This document shows, one piece after another, positions 38,827 to 51,800 of a stretch of 64,000 nt of DNA. The translations under genes were made by a program, and so were the position numbers. This stretch comes from Phoronis australis. Lineage: Eukaryota; Animalia; Phoronida. The stretch's first letter is position 1. Each line of letters starts with the position of its first letter. The stretch spans positions 218,363 to 282,362 of the forward strand of contig NMRA01000283.1 in the NCBI GenBank assembly GCA_002633005.1. The letters run 5' to 3'. The notes beneath the pieces were generated by a model that was given only the letters and a program-made list of their open reading frames with translations, made no database searches and was not told the origin of the DNA.

Positions 38827-40263
38827 TCGTCTGGGTCTGGTCGTTATTCCTGATCATGTGAGATAGATTAATGTTGGTTCTGTCCTCAAACCATATAAAT
38901 TTCGTTAATGTTAGATGGGAGAGTCCGCACAAGGCAGAAAACAAACCTTCCCGCCACGAGGGTCCAATTCAACTTATTCTTGATACATGTAGGTGCCAGC
39001 CAAAAAAGTTGTTTGTTTCGTATGTTTATTATTAGAACGCCAAGGCGATAAATGTTTTGCCAGTCAACTTTCCGTTCGTATTTTGAGTAAAGCTTAAATC
39101 ACACGGTCACAGAACTGCCGTTTAGTGCGTAAGCCAACACTAGCGTGATTATCTATGGTCGACGGAGTCAACCCTTGAGTGATGGGGGGGGGGGGGGGGG
39201 GNCATTGGTTAGCGAACTACAGTACGTTGCGGTAGAATAAAAGACGAATTTTATGGAGAAAACACCAGGGCTATTTTGTACGAAAAATGCAACGCCACGG
39301 GCTATACAAGTTTAGTGAACAGTGATCAAGCCGATGAACTGTTTAAACTCAGTCAAGGCATGTTTTATACTACATGTAAGTACATACACGTTCATCAAAG
39401 TCAATTAGTTACCGCTCGATAGTACGAACATCCTCAGGAGTGAAATCAGAACATCTTATATCTTAGTAATGCATATTTTTAAGGAATTTTACGTCTCACT
39501 TGTGTCTTGACTATGAAACTACACTTAACTTGACAACTGCAGCTATATCATTCAAATACATGTACACATATGTTACAGCACCTCAAATGATTCATTTTCA
39601 GCTACTGATCTAGTCATCCCATCAAGTGTGAGTCAGTTCACGAGTTCAATTCGCTTTTTAAGTTGTTTCGGCACCATTAACGTTCAACCTAGGCCAATCG
39701 AATAGTGTTGACTTAGAGCCCTATTTGACTCGGGCGGCGTCATGTGCAATAATACCAATGTAATTGGCAATATCCTTTCATCCCAAAGTACAGTATTCAT
39801 GTTCTACATATGTACAAATTATCTACCACGTTGGCTCTTACCTATTTGTATTAATCTCACATCTGTAGTACGCCTATATACTTCACTTTTTAATGTTACT
39901 CAATCATCAGTTTATATTTACAAAATTTAGCCTAAGTTAATGTAATTAAATTAGTAGTGGTGGGAATGTTCATGCCTACCCTAGTGTTTACATAATAGTG
40001 TTCATTGCTTTTGTCCTAGCTTACTTAATTACTTTTACTGTATTCACACGCCTGTATATATTTCTTTCTTCTGTTGTTAGATAAGCATGCTAAGTATGAA
40101 CTGTATGAATTTATTTGGTTTTAACTAAACACACAATAATTACAATTGTCCGGGTGCCTGGAAAACAAAAATACCCCATTGCTTTTCGCCCATCACGCTC
40201 GACCTCACTTTTCTACTAGGAAAACGACCCCGTACTGCGCACTTACGTAGTGTTTACTACACA

Positions 40264-43200
40264 ATGAAGAACTCGCGTAGTGATATCAGAGTTATCATTG
40301 AGCAAAGCCTTTTGACTGCTGGTGACATAGAGGTCAATTCAGGACCAGACACTCAGGGTTCAGCCAGCTTCAAGGTCTTATTCACTAACATCAACAGCAT
40401 GAAGGCGAACAATCTTTCAAGATTTGAACTTCTCAAGCAATTTTTTACAGACAACAATTACATGGCCACAGCCATATGTGATTCCGGAACACTGTCCGAA
40501 GACAACTTCAGTGCACTTATTATTCCAGAATACAACATTGCCTACCTCAGTAATGCCCGGAGAGGGTTGTTCTTCTTTGTCCACAACTCCGTAAATTACA
40601 AAACAATTAATACTAAAATTATACAATCAATGAATAACTGTTGGATTGAACTTTATGTCAACCACAAAAAGGTATATTATCGTTTTTTCTATCGCTCACC
40701 CTCACAGACGTCCCATGACAGGAAAGCATATTTCAAGACCTTTGCAGAACAAGTGCAAGAACTCTAACGAACTAATAAAACAATTGTTATCAACGGGGAT
40801 TTCAACGCAAGAAATAGGACTTGGTACTCAGAAGACAATGACAACCAAGCTGGTCTCGAATTATTCGATATTCTCCTCTCAAATGACTGTGTACATCTAA
40901 TAAACGAAATGACACGTTTAACACAGTATTCACATTCTTGCCTTGATTTATGTATAACAAACAATCTTGGATTAATTGAATCCACTTCTGTAAAGTCTCC
41001 CATTGGTAACTCGGGCCACCACGTTATAGAAACAACATTCACACTCAACTGCTTACCTAAAGAACCAGACGTTATCAAACAGATCTGGAATTACAACCTC
41101 ATTAACATAGACAAACTGCCACTGACATAACTACATTTAACTGGACTGAAATACTGAGCAAAAGTGACATAAATGACACAGTCTCAACATTCACAAAGTC
41201 ACTCTACAACATACTGAATAATAATATACCATCAACCATGAAAACAATAAAAAACAAGAACAAACCGTGGTTTAACAATAACATTAAGACTGAAATAAAT
41301 AAAAGAAACAAACTGTACAGATCGTTCAGAAAATCAAATAACCAGTGCACCTTTAACTGCAAAGAACAGTGCAAGAGTGCGGAAGAACTAATTAAAAAGA
41401 CGAAACAAGACTATAAGATGAAAATTATCTCCAACATCAACAATGTCTCCAAAAATTCAAAGGAATATTGGGATATAATAAACAAAATTCGAGGACAGGT
41501 AAAGCAATCTTCATACCCCACCATCCACTCAAAGGAATCCAACACTCAGGCGTCATCCAAAGCTGAAAAAGTAAGTTATTTTTAGAATACTTTACCGCCA
41601 AGAGTCACGTTGCACCAACATCTCTCTGACATACAAGCCCAACCATCTGAAGTTCGAAAACTACTAGAAAATATTGAGGAAAACAAAAACGACGGTACCA
41701 ATCTCATAACCAATAAAATGATTAAGATAATAGCAAGAGAGCTTACAGCTCCTTTGACAAAATTATATAACAAAATACTACAATCTGGAAAATTTCCTTT
41801 AAACTGGAAACTTGGTGTTATGTTACCAATACACAAAAAGAACTCCAAAACAGACATTGCCAACTATCGCCCCATAACTCTACTTAACACCCTATCCGAC
41901 AAAATTATTTCTCAACACATGTTTGACCACCTCTCTTCACAAAACCTCATATATCGTGGCCAATTTGGATTCATGCCTGGTAACAGTACTGTGTCTCAAC
42001 TTACAGAAATTGTACATGAAATCCACCTCCAGATTGAGCAAGGATACAACGTGAGATCCGTATTCTTAGACATTGCGTCAGCTTTTGATGTCGTTCCCCA
42101 TGATCTGCTTCTACATAAATTACAATCTTACGGTTTTTCCGGAACTCTCTTCTCACTTTTAATATCACATCTGGAATGTCGAACTTACGAAGTCCGAATA
42201 GAGGGTGTCTTATCACGCTCATCAACGTTTCGTAAATGCTGGAGTACCACAGGGTAGCGTACTAGGCGCCTTACTCTTTTTATTGTACATCAATGATCTT
42301 CCAGACAAAACAAACCCTAAAACATTCTTATATGCTGATGACACCGCAATTTTCTACCCATTCTCAAAAGAGAATCCCCATGACTCTTTACAATTGCAAA
42401 CTGACCTAAACAAACCCTATGACTGGTCTTGCAAATGGAAGATGAAATTTAAACCTGAAAAAATGTTGATCTTGTATTTTCTAAGTCCAATAATACTCAA
42501 TTCCAAACAAATCCAATGCTGAAATTATCACTCAATGGGGAAGTTATTCCCAATAAGTCCATACACAAACACCTTGGATTGCTACTAGACCACAAGCTTA
42601 CATTTACTCACTGTCGCGAACTCGTTCACAAAGTACAAAAATTAATCAATCCAATTAGAATTGTCTCTCGTCATCTCAACTCCATGCATCTTGAAACTCT
42701 ATTCAAGTCTTTTGTTCTTCCACATCTAGATTACTGTGACATAATCTACCAATCGGCAAACGCTGGCATACTTCTTCAACTAGAAAGACTACAATACCAA
42801 GCAGCTTTAGCCATAACAAGAGCATACAAAGGGTCCAACACAATCAAGGTTCTAAACAGTCTCAACTGGAGCAAACTAGCAACCCATGGTAAACTCCACT
42901 TGTCCATGTATTCATCCAAAGTCTTAACCAACATAAACAATTACTCAAACAAAATCCTCTTTGACTCCTGCAAAAGACCTAACACGAGACCAGGACTGCG
43001 GCAAAGTAATATACACACTATTCCATCTTCCCTCAGCCAAGCCTTCAGTAAATCTACCATATTAACTTGTCTTGACAACTGGAATTCCTTACCATCCGAA
43101 ATAAACGAAAGCACTCCAATCGTCACTCTAAAACATAACTTTAAAATGCATACTACTACTCAAGAGTTGCCAGTCCCATTGACATCGTTCCAACTTCCTC

Positions 43201-43807
43201 GCAACAACGAAATAATCCTTTACAGATCAAGATGCGGTCTATTCCTAAACAACAAGAAATTTAGACATAATTTTTAATAATATTTCGCCTCTGTGTTGCT
43301 GTGGAGACGCACAGACAAATGCTCATGTTTTCTTTGCTTGTGAGGTATGCAAGGAGCAGAGGGTACAGCTTTTCTAGACACTCGAACAATACCCCAATAT
43401 TTATAAAAAATATTCTGAAATTCCGAAAGTGTACAACAAAATTAATTTTTTTCTATTTGGAAATCAAGAACTCAACCCCAATGAAAATAAGTTTTTATTC
43501 GAAATAGTATCAAAATTTCTTCATAATATTAAATGTCATTGTATGAGTGGATAGAATTGTATAAATGTGTATGAAAATGAATTATTTACTTTCGTAATCA
43601 TATGTCATTGTAATCTTAAAAACAGTTTTTTTAATTTATGTATTTGTGTAAAATAATTGTATACAGATTTCTTTTTTATGTATTTGTGTAAAATAATTCT
43701 ATATAGATTTCTTTGTACTTTTTTAACCCAGATATAATGCCTCTTCGCGCTTTCTGGGTTATGTATATTCATTGTATCGAAGATTTCGTAATAAACATTA
43801 TAAAAAA
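40264..43807 (+). mobile_element. Decayed CR1-group LINE (APE + RT ORF, 3' UTR)
   Basis: [60 protein letters not shown] and YADD; several frameshifts; AT-rich 3' UTR with short A-tail. The true 5' end is probably up to ~500 bp upstream. Confidence 0.92.
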
Positions 43808-46800
43808 CAATGTTTCTTAATATACCGTGAAATTTTGCACCTGAATAGAACACTTAAATCACAAAAAGTCTCGAACTTGCCACAATATATTTGGGATTAA
43901 GAAAGCAATATACATTACAAATGCATACCTCCTTTTGGTCACCTATTGCACTACACCAGTTGAGGTTCTTTACGGTCAAATAAGAATCAATTCCGTTATC
44001 AAAACAATCAAAATACGTCGAGCCCAAAAGCAAAACTGTAACTTGTCTAAACACTGCATTTTTATCAATTTTACGATAAATTTCGGAATACGTTCTACCT
44101 AAAAATGATAAGAACCGCGCGCAAGGAGCATTTTTAAGAAGTGTCTGAACGTTCATCAACCACAACGTCAAGGTGCCCTGCAACGAAGTCAAGAAAAATC
44201 GTCAGAAACGTAAGCAAACTTTAACTTTGAAATAGATTTAACTCAAATTCTGACGAAAATACCGAACATAGCAGATGCACCCCAAGCCTGTAGCTGCTGT
44301 GAAATACAACTTGACTGCCGTGTCATGCAGTCTGCAAAAAATCATTCATAAAAATTTTGCGTGCACGTGTACGTATCACGCGATATGCGATCATCGTTGA
44401 TAAAAGATGACAAACAACACCAAAACAAGCAGAGCAATCTGTGTAAACCCGCTTCTATAAAGAATCCTCATTGAGCGCATAGGATTTGCCCTCGTTCAAA
44501 TACTTTTGCATATCACGAATCTCGATATAATAACCACTGGCACAAACACGTACGTTGTATAACCTATATTTACACGATAAAATCTGACTATACAAATGAA
44601 AAACATCAGGGTTACATGTCCGTGATACTAAGCACGATGTAAAAATAGTGCAAAAAGTTCCCTCAATTTGACCTGTTTACGAATTATGCCAATTCACTAG
44701 AGCATAACGAAATGATAAAAACGATAGCGGTAAAAATGCAAATTTCAACTCTAAAAAGATGAGACGATTAATTTCCATTAAAAATAAGTTAACCGTTGAT
44801 CGGTCTTTCTATTTCCATGTTCATGGCTTGTTTCAATGTCCGTATACAAGATATTCGTTCATAACGGTTGTCTGTCGACACAAGTCGCAGACTTTACGCC
44901 CCGTGGGTATTTAATAACATAACATAACATGAAAATTACTCCACCGTCGTACACGTTTGATTTTGTTTCATGGGTCTGATATGGCATACATCATCAATAA
45001 TATATTAGCTGCATTCATCTACACTTACTCGAAACCTAATAACCGGTTTTGAAGGCACCAAATTGACGACATTGCTGCATAACACACGCGTAACGAATGT
45101 TTCCCAAAGGGAAGATTTTCATATTGACGTTAAGTAGTAAGTTTGCATCAGTGATAAAAACGCTAACACTTTGGCTGTCTAACACTAGGTTCACATGAGG
45201 GGCGAAAACGCTATCAGATTGACTGTCTAATACTGGATCACATAAGTGCCGAAAATGCTAGGATTTTAGACAGACAAACAAGTTGTCCGCGAATGGGTTA
45301 TTTTCGACAGCAGTTATTTGCTTTCCTCGATCAGCACCCGAATTCCGGCTCAACAACCGAATCGATTTTAAAATGTATGTCAAGACAGGTTTACTCTAGG
45401 CCATTAAATCTATCCAACATAACAATGCGTTTTGAACTGATATCCGAAGGAAAAAGGAAAAGGAAAGTACTATTTGGAAAGGTTCAAGCGGGCTAATAAA
45501 GAGCAGTATGACAGACTACTTCCCGCATGGAAGAATCTGTGTACGTTGCAGCAACGGCACATTGTGCTGAAATCCAGGAAATGTTAACCAAAATACTTTC
45601 CAACGACTACTTCTAGCGATCGAATTCGGACTTGAACAAAAGAGCATTCGAAACGCGGAAATAACTCTATCAAATGAGCGATGCGTAAACTTTGTTTATT
45701 TTCCACACAGTTCGTGGAAGTAACAAGTTTTCGACAAATTAGTACAATACACAACTGGAAATAGCTCTTTCCGTTTTAAATCAGCACCTCCCGGGCACCA
45801 TTCACAGTTGGGTTTGTTACCTAGAAATGTTGTCTTCGTACAAACGAAGCCTCCATTGTTCAGTCAGTTTCGCCATTGCAGTGGCCTCTGGGTTCAGCCC
45901 GGTTCTGGGGTACTCGACTTGTGTGCGGTGCGGCTGGAAAATTAGGATGTCCACTCATTTGGAGAGTAAATTCGGAAAAGGGGGAGCCGTTAATGGCTTG
46001 TAGGGACCTTTCGAGAAAAGGCCATCCTTTTGTAAGGGTTTATTCCAGAAACAAGGTTAGTTTTATGGAATTGTTTCGATCTCCCAACATAACTCTTTTT
46101 GTTGGGAATGTTGTGGGGAAATGAGGGTGACTGGTGGTTAAAAAGATGCCCTTCTGAGCGTCACATCTCGAACACCTCTTCTACGAGAGCATCTTCCAGG
46201 TGTGTCCTTAATGAGCTAATGATTTGGATTGGACCCATGAACACTGGTGACCCTTCTTTCTCAGCGCGCTTTTCATGTTTTACAGGTCAAAAATTCGAGT
46301 CTAATTAAGTGTCAAACCCTGCTACGCCGCAGGCACGATGTTCGCTCACTCGCGTTATTATACCTTTTACAAAAGATCCACCCAGTCAAAACAGCTGGTG
46401 CAATAACATATACATCATAGACAGAGGTTGGTGGCAATTCGCAAAACCGCTGTTCTGGCGGGCATCGGAATGATATTACAATAGCTGTTTACGATATGCA
46501 ATTATTTTCCACAAATGCGTACAACCACAGCAATTATTAATAAAGTATGGGTTTCAGTTAGTGTCTCGGACAATCAGACTAGACTTCAGTGGCATTGATG
46601 TATTGTCACGTTTTCGTTGGTGGTATCGAATTGTTTGTCGCAGATGTCAACGAAGAATAATCACTACCTGAAGCTGTAAGCAACATGCTGCGGCATCAAA
46701 AACAACACCTTTCCTCACACGGGTTTTGCTGAGCAAGATCATCGCTTTCTTGTTCTTTGTTTACATTAAGAGCATTATTTACAGGAAATCGACTGCCTTG

Positions 46801-48128
46801 CTGTCTGAACGAGTGGAACTAATAAACCCGCCATGACACGAAACTTATAATGGTCTTGCTCCTGAAGCAAAAACAACCTGCCAGTTTTTCTCAAGCCTAG
46901 AAATCATTTCTAATCTCGATAGGGAACAAAGGGAAAGCATTTTTACAACAGTAAAAGGATTTAGTTAGTGGCGATACAATAACTGCAATATAGGGTAGGT
47001 CTGACAGTCAAATAATTTAAAGCTGATGCTTGCCGTACTTAACTGGCTAAAACGACATTCGAATTAGGTCTCACCCTTACTATGATAACATTCTGTGTCC
47101 GTTACCAACCATCGAAACCATCATCGACTGAAAGAAAATCCTTCAAAGTATATTAGGGTGAGCCAAACACAGAATTGCAATTTCGACCTTTGCACTGCTT
47201 GTAAATTTAGATTCAACAATCCGAACTCGGATGAGCGTGTTTATACCTCAGTGCTTTAGGAATTCAACATTGAAAGCTTAACAACGGCGAAATCACCTTT
47301 AGAGCTCCAGCTTAACTTCCTGTCACGACTCACTTGCAGCCGATATTAGCCACTACTACAATTTCTCGAGTTGATTTAAACACTTTAAAATTTCAATCGT
47401 TTTTCTCGTCAACTTGGGATTTATTTAATTTATAGTAATGCCTTTATCCTGACTATCAATTCGTTTCTAATGAAAGCACCTAACTACAGTCAAGCCAGGG
47501 GCTTTCATCATTTTTAGAGACAGCGCTTCCACAATTAAGGCGACATGTATACATGACAAAATGAAATAATACACAGAACTAGAATTGTGTCTAATTTCTA
47601 TAACTATTGAAGGAGGTCTTAAAACACGACCCATGTTTACATCTCATCTAGTGACTTTTTAAAACCACGTATCCGCAGTATTCATACCGCCAGAAGATAA
47701 TTATCAGACCGACGCTTGTATTTATCAAGATTAATGATTTCCAACCCATTAAATTAAATGACACCCCTATTTAAATACCAAACGGTGACATAGGTGGAAA
47801 GCCCGTATTGTCACATAGATTGAACATAGATTATAACTCGGCCAAGCTGTTTTTTCTAGGTAGCCTCGTATTTGCGCTTGATGGAGCTCCAATGATTACA
47901 GCAAAGGGATTTTCTCGAGAACAGATAAACTCATTACCTAGAAGGTCTCAAACGTCGCAGGCTACGCCATTGTCATCCAGTTTGAATCCTGGTGTACCGT
48001 ACTGTAACTCATGTTCAAGCCTAACAGTGGTAGTACGGCGCATTCGACGACTTTCTCCACGACTTGCTGCATGATTGAAGTGAGCTCATACGCTGATATG
48101 AAACACAAAATTAAGAAAAATATTTTTT

Positions 48129-48320
48129 TATCTGGCGGCGGACAGATAATTAGCTGGCAGCCGCCACTTTATTAAGCGTCTTCCGTAGTGTCGCTTCCCT
48201 ACGAAAGCGACACTACGGAAGTCGTTCAATCTATTCGATTTAACGACAATTAAGTGGCGGCCGCCACATACATTGTAATTATCTGGCCGCAACCACATAA
48301 TTATGTGGCGGCCGCCAAAT
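48129..48320. repeat. Palindromic MITE-like sequence with GGCGGCCGCCA repeats
   Basis: Central perfect 17-bp stem CTTCCGTAGTGTCGCTT / AAGCGACACTACGGAAG (48180-48220), with symmetric TGGCGGC.GCCA and ATAATTA motifs. Confidence 0.7.
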
Positions 48321-48441
48321 AATAAAACTTTTTTCTTCACTTCAAAATGGCACTATTGGGCTCCCATAGAATATCCATGTGATGACCGACTAAAACGTGA
48401 GTGTACCACGTATCCGTGCTCGTTCATCTAAGAACGCGGGA

Positions 48442-48490
48442 ACACCTGACGATGGCCGGAGAAGAGATCATCCGAAACGTCATGACAGTG
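48442..48490 (+). ncRNA. Possible hammerhead ribozyme motif (Penelope-like)
   Basis: CTGACGA ... CCGAAACGTC; stems I and II are imperfect. Confidence 0.4.
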
Positions 48491-48851
48491 TATATAGACT
48501 AGAGGTCGGTGTAAATAGACCAAGAGATTTTAATAATAGTTGATTTGAAGATGTGGTTGTCGGGAACAGGGACGCTCCGCTCCAGTACAAATGAGGCCAA
48601 TTTTCCAATTTTTTTCACTCGTATTTTCGAGTGATTACTCGTTTGTGTGGAGCCCTGGATAACTGTCTCATCATAGTTTGTACTTAATGACCTCTGCATT
48701 AAGGCTAAAAATTCGAGTGTGGTCTCGTAATTTCAAGTTTTTGGTATGATTCTGGAAATGCTCTTGCGGTATTCAATAACTTTAGTTAATAGAACAATTT
48801 GTCTGATAAAATTGCCATCACGAAATTTCAATTTTATGCTATATCAAGATT

Positions 48852-51800
48852 ACTACCTTATATGACGTGCGATATGTGCCAATATTTGAAGCTACCCTGT
48901 AGATCCGGAATTAGGCGCATTGCCTACACACAAACTAGTACGTTTGAGTGATGCTCCGGATATAGACGCAACCTATATTATTTTTCCAATATTCTCAGTT
49001 TTTGAGCTCATGGAATGTGAAGAATGTTGAGAATGGCGCGTGATTGCATAATGTGCCCAGACGCACTGCTTGTACTTGCATTTAGTTGTGTAACTTAATT
49101 GTAAACACTTAGTTTGTTTTTCAGTTGAAAACTAGACATTTTTCTTGGTTTTACTAGAGAGATCAATAAATAGTTGAAGTCAATCAAGCATTTCTTTAAT
49201 TTCCCTCGGGACATCCATTTTAAATCCGGCTCAGATGTTATATACTAGCTGTGTTAATCATTTACAAATATTACAACATTTAAACCATTTTTGAAACAGT
49301 TAATCACTGACTGAAACATCTGTTATTCTCAATATTCTCAGATGAGCCTAGCAGAAGTCCGTCTTATCTGTCTTATAATTTTTTAAATGAGCTTTCAAAC
49401 GAAGTCCAGAGAAATGTTTCTCACGGTCACGATTGTACAATTTTGCCGAGGACAATGCGTGTGCCTGAATGTACAGCAAAGCATACGCCAGTACAAAGGA
49501 AACCATTAGGCACCCACAAATCTATGCGAAATTTGTTTTTAAGATTTAGATACTTAATTTGGAATTTTAATCTCATTTTAGATTATTTCACACGAAAGTT
49601 GTTATGTTTTTCAGAGAGGGCTTCAGTTAACTTTTCCTAATAAATTTCACACACTCAATTTTTTTCTGTAAAATATATTCATTTGAGGTATCAAAAACAA
49701 TATTTGCTAGGAAAATGTGTTATTCTGGTGGAATTATTGGATTATTAAGTACACCAACCCTGAATCACATAGGACAGGAAGTGGCTTTGCTCTCTGCTAT
49801 TGGAGATATTATTACTTGTTCCCATGCAAAGATTTCGTCTGCTGCTGACATGAGTGGAGAATTTGCCTGCAGATTTCACCTGAATTTGATGAAAAGTAAG
49901 TAAATTTGTGTTACAAAAAGTTAATGTTAAACATTTTGTACTCACAATTGGTTTAACTCTTATATTCTGCTTAGCCTCTATTCAGACTACTTTCCATGTG
50001 CCATCCTACTAGATACTAGCCTTTGTGAAAATAAACTGATCCACACACAGTCATCCTCTCACGTCTGGCTCTTGACATAATGTGTCTACATTTATATAAA
50101 CCTGCCAATAATTTCCCAAACTAGAGATCACAGCCATATGGTCTAAGTCAGAGAAATGTAGAGGAAACTGTGAACTGTGGAATGTGCATGTTCACATATC
50201 TAAACAACAAACAGGGCTCTCACAATTTCTGAATGAATACAACAAGTGTCTAGTTCTTGAGTGACTGCAGTCACTTACCGTTGTGGATTAAATACACCCA
50301 TGGGGGTATGGGATAGTTGGCAAACAGACCGACCTCACCTACCATAGGATAAGGGTAATATGCATGCTTTTTATGAACATAGGTAACTGACATTAGAGTA
50401 ATACATTTTGCACTTGTACCGCGAATTCAACAACATGTTGTCAAAACAATTTATATCCAATGAATATGAAGTTGGTAGCATTCTTTATCTACCCTCCGGC
50501 GCCTTTGGGGCCCCTAACATGATCGTGCCAGATATCACAAGTAAACCGAAAACCAAAGTTTCACAGTATTTAACTAAGAATTATGCAATATTTTATGGAT
50601 GAATAACACAAGCTCAGATGTGACAAATCAGTGTAATAGCAGGTGTACACACAATGCTCACAGACAACTGATTTGAGACCAACAATTATTTGACAATATT
50701 GTATTGTGAATGACATCACAATATTTTAAATGAGTTTTTATGATTGTCTAGATACCACAAGCCAAGATTTCGCAGTAGTTTGTGGATCAAAATCACAGAC
50801 CCATGTGTGGCAAATGGATGCACAAGTAAAAACAGGTAAGCACATAATGCTGAGAACGTAATGCGACCGAAATTAAATGGATATTTTAGATAATGCAAAT
50901 CAAAGTTTCAGATTAATTTTACCAACCAATGTTTAGAGTAAGAGGATCCTAACTTTATATATTCTTCACTTTTTTAGGTGTTGATGTATCAGAAAGAAAT
51001 GATGATGACAACATTGAGCATTGCCTCATATGTGAAAGAGCATTGGCCGATGGTCAACCCATAGTTACCCTTAGAGAAAAAGGCAGTCTTGGAGTGAATA
51101 GAGCAAGTGCTCAGCGTGGAGATAGTCTGCAAGTGCAGCCAGGCCAGTCTGTACATCAGCAATGTCGTAAACAATACTGTAATGAACGCACAATTCAGCA
51201 ACTTTTAAAAAGAAAACAGACCGCAAGAGAATCACCTATTCGCACATTACGGTCACAAAAAGGCACCTTTAGTTTTAAAGATCACTGTTTGTTTTGTGCT
51301 CAAGCAGTCACCACATGCACGGGTAAAAAAAGAAGACGCGCAAGCTTGACTGGCTTTCAAGTGAGAACCTTTGAGTTTCAGCACAGAATTGAGCAGATTT
51401 GCAAAGACCGGGACGACACCTGGGCTCATGATGTAAGAAGCAGAATAGAATTTGCACGTGATCTTCATGCTGCTGATGCAGTATATCATCAAGTATGCCA
51501 TATCAATTTTCGTACTGGGAGGCAAATGCCCCTTCAATTTATTGAGTTGTCGGGTGAAAAAAATAAGACCACTCCAGGCAAAGGGAGACCAAAAAAAACA
51601 CCAAAAGAAGATGCATTCCTCAAAGTAGCCAATCATTTGATTGAAAATGATGATGAACAAATCACTGTACTAGATCTGGTTGAGAAGATGAGAGAATATT
51701 GTGAAGATCCATTCACTGCCAAGCACATGCAAAACAGACTGAAAGAAACATTTGGCGACGACATCGTAATAACTGGTATCAACGGTAAATCCAATGAAGT

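Larger units (their letters stand above)
33145..38964 (-). mobile_element. Full-length decayed Tx1/L1-clade LINE
   Basis: 17-bp TSD CAATTCAACTTATTCTT at 33128-33144 and 38965-38981 (last Ts merge with the tail). Short poly(A) and AATAAA at the 3' end. ORF1 and ORF2 remnants in the expected order. Confidence 0.93.

Noticed and set aside
39184-39202. Poly-G run as a G-quadruplex element
   Set aside because: It ends in an ambiguous base; the length is unreliable and may be an assembly artefact.
44300-48070. Short ORFs as possible exons or Helitron/Polinton remnants
   Set aside because: No recognisable protein motif or consistent splice structure.
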